DNA from: an uncultured Actinomycetes bacterium
GTDB lineage: Bacteria; Actinomycetota; Actinomycetes; Streptosporangiales; Streptosporangiaceae
Assembly: GCA_963722055.1 (NCBI GenBank)
Contig: CAVRLA010000004.1
Span: 339,987 to 403,986 of the forward strand
Reading direction: 5' to 3'
DNA length: 64,000 nucleotides
Shown: in pieces, positions 62,964 to 64,000 of the stretch
Position numbering within the stretch: the first letter of the stretch is position 1
Layout of the letters: the number at the start of each line of letters is the position of its first letter
Position numbers and translations under genes: made by a program
Notes under the pieces: model-generated
Databases searched by the model: none
What the model was told of the DNA's origin: nothing
What the model saw: the letters and a program-made list of their open reading frames with translations, nothing else

Positions 62964-63133
62964 CCGGGCTCACGACCCGACCGGGCTCACGACCCGACCG
63001 GGCTCACGACCCGACCGGGCTCACGACCTAGCCGGGCTCACGACCCGACCGGGCTCACGACCTAGCCGGGCTCACGACCCGACCGGGCTCACGACTTAGC
63101 CGGGCTCACGACCCGACCGGGCTCACGACCTGG
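62964..63133. repeat. 10 x 17-bp perfect-phase tandem array CCGGGCTCACGACCYRR
   Basis: Units start at 62964, 62981, 62998, 63015, 63032, 63049, 63066, 63083, 63100 and 63117. Only the last 4 nt vary (CCGA / CTAG / TTAG / CTGG). A degenerate copy precedes the array. The unit length is not a multiple of 3. Confidence 0.95.
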
Positions 63134-64000
63134 CCGATGCGCGCGCTGGCGCGGGCGGCGTCCAGCACGGCCGCAGTCGCAACGGCGTCCCACGGGTCTA
63201 CTGGTACCGGCGCGATACCGCGGACCGCTGCTGCGAACGCGGGATAGAACAGGTCCCAGGCGCCGCGGGCGGAGGGCACGGGTTGCCCGGTGTCGCCGCG
63301 CAGCACGTGCCCCCAGCGCTCCGGCGGCTCGACACCCCACGGCTCGCCCGTCTGTTCCGCTGCCGCCGGCGATGATCCGCTTCGCAGCTTAGCCTCCTGG
63401 CCGTCGATGTCCTGCATGACATAGGCGCCCTCGGTGCCGGCAGCGCGGATCCGAGGACCGGGCGCCCCCTGCCGCCGGCTGGCCCACAGGTGCGACCGCA
63501 CGCCGCTTTCGTGGGTCAGGGCGACGAACACGTCGTCGTCGAGCCCGTCCGCGTCGGCGCGGTAGTGCAACTCGGCGTACACGCCGCGGACCGGGCCCGC
63601 GAGCACCAGGGCCTGGTCGGCCAGGTGGCTGCCGAGGTCGAGCAGGGTGCCACCGCCGGCCGCGGACGGACCGGACTGCGGCCTGAACCGCTCGAACCGC
63701 GACTCGAAGACGGTCAGCGGGCCCAGCGAGCCCTGGGCCAGGAGCTCGCGCAGGGTCAGGAAGTCCGAATCCCAGCGGCGGTTCTGGTACACGGTGAGGG
63801 GGACCTTGAGCTGCTCGGCCAGCTGGACGGTGGCGCGGGCGGTCTCGGCATCCAGCGCGAACGGCTTGTCGCACACCACGGCCAGGCCCAGGCGCAGGGC
63901 CTGCTGGGTGAGCGTGACATGGGTGGCAGCGGGCGTGGAGATCGCCACTGCTTCGGCTCCGGCGCGGGCCAGCTCCTCCAGCGAGGCGAAGGCTGGGCGG
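63106..64000 (-). CDS. Gfo/Idh/MocA-family oxidoreductase, C-terminal part (5' end lies right of the window)
   Basis: The frame stays open to the window edge. Contains the family EKP-type motif region AVVCDKPFAL. The last 9 codons and the stop are encoded by the 17-bp array. Confidence 0.8.
   Translation of the reverse strand, partial: RPAFASLEELARAGAEAVAISTPAATHVTLTQQALRLGLAVVCDKPFALDAETARATVQLAEQLKVPLTVYQNRRWDSDFLTLRELLAQGSLGPLTVFESRFERFRPQSGPSAAGGGTLLDLGSHLADQALVLAGPVRGVYAELHYRADADGLDDDVFVALTHESGVRSHLWASRRQGAPGPRIRAAGTEGAYVMQDIDGQEAKLRSGSSPAAAEQTGEPWGVEPPERWGHVLRGDTGQPVPSARGAWDLFYPAFAAAVRGIAPVPVDPWDAVATAAVLDAARASARIGQVVSPVGS

Noticed and set aside
62964-63133. The 17-bp array as a CRISPR locus
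   Set aside because: The units are contiguous with no spacers, the unit is far shorter than CRISPR repeats, and no cas genes are present in the window.

Overview
GC-rich chromosomal segment with strong G/C bias at third codon positions. It looks actinobacterial: it carries a SARP/AfsR regulator, a VKOR+DUF929 pair, an Rv1747-like FHA-ABC transporter and a SoxR. I count about 50 protein genes. I found no rRNA, tRNA, transposase, integrase or CRISPR. Many long ORFs in the supplied track are GC-driven shadow frames and were discarded. Layout, left to right: (1) an amine gamma-glutamylation-type operon (permease, GS-like ligase, aldehyde dehydrogenase, SDR), a serA-like gene and a 1043-aa SARP regulator. 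(2) A ~17 kb metal/redox envelope region at 9.7-27.2 kb. It contains an iron-box-preceded FTR1/EfeU permease. It contains the operon DUF929-VKOR-(membrane module::SCO1)-lipoprotein-CtaG-like, and a second copy of the same uncharacterised membrane module next to a DUF5134-like protein. It contains three 22-bp-phased RicR/CsoR-type operators, two small ORFs including a truncated SmtA-like Cys-rich one, and a lipoprotein-CopZ pair. It also contains a fully overlapped operon: Met/Gly-rich sORF, CopA, ligand-less PCuAC-like protein, second CopA. (3) Hydrolase, esterase, pentapeptide-repeat and methyltransferase genes. (4) An accessory peptidoglycan-precursor operon, pgeF-murL-murD2 (calls are inferences), plus an M19 dipeptidase. 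(5) A tyrosine phosphatase convergent with the FHA-ABC transporter. (6) soxR with a near-canonical SoxR box that faces a SpoIIE/PP2C-HATPase gene. (7) glmS, a GGDEF protein, MFS transporters, a PLP deaminase, an S53 peptidase and an MFS-TetR pair. (8) An LLM monooxygenase, frameshifted MarR and FMN reductase operon, preceded by a 10 x 17 bp tandem array. The most unusual sequence-level signal is a 12-nt tandem unit, CCGGARATGRRC. It sits in sense orientation inside three unrelated genes and is read in two different frames. The window also holds many other perfect short tandem duplications (17, 18 and 21 bp). All family assignments come from motif recognition by eye, and no database search was possible.
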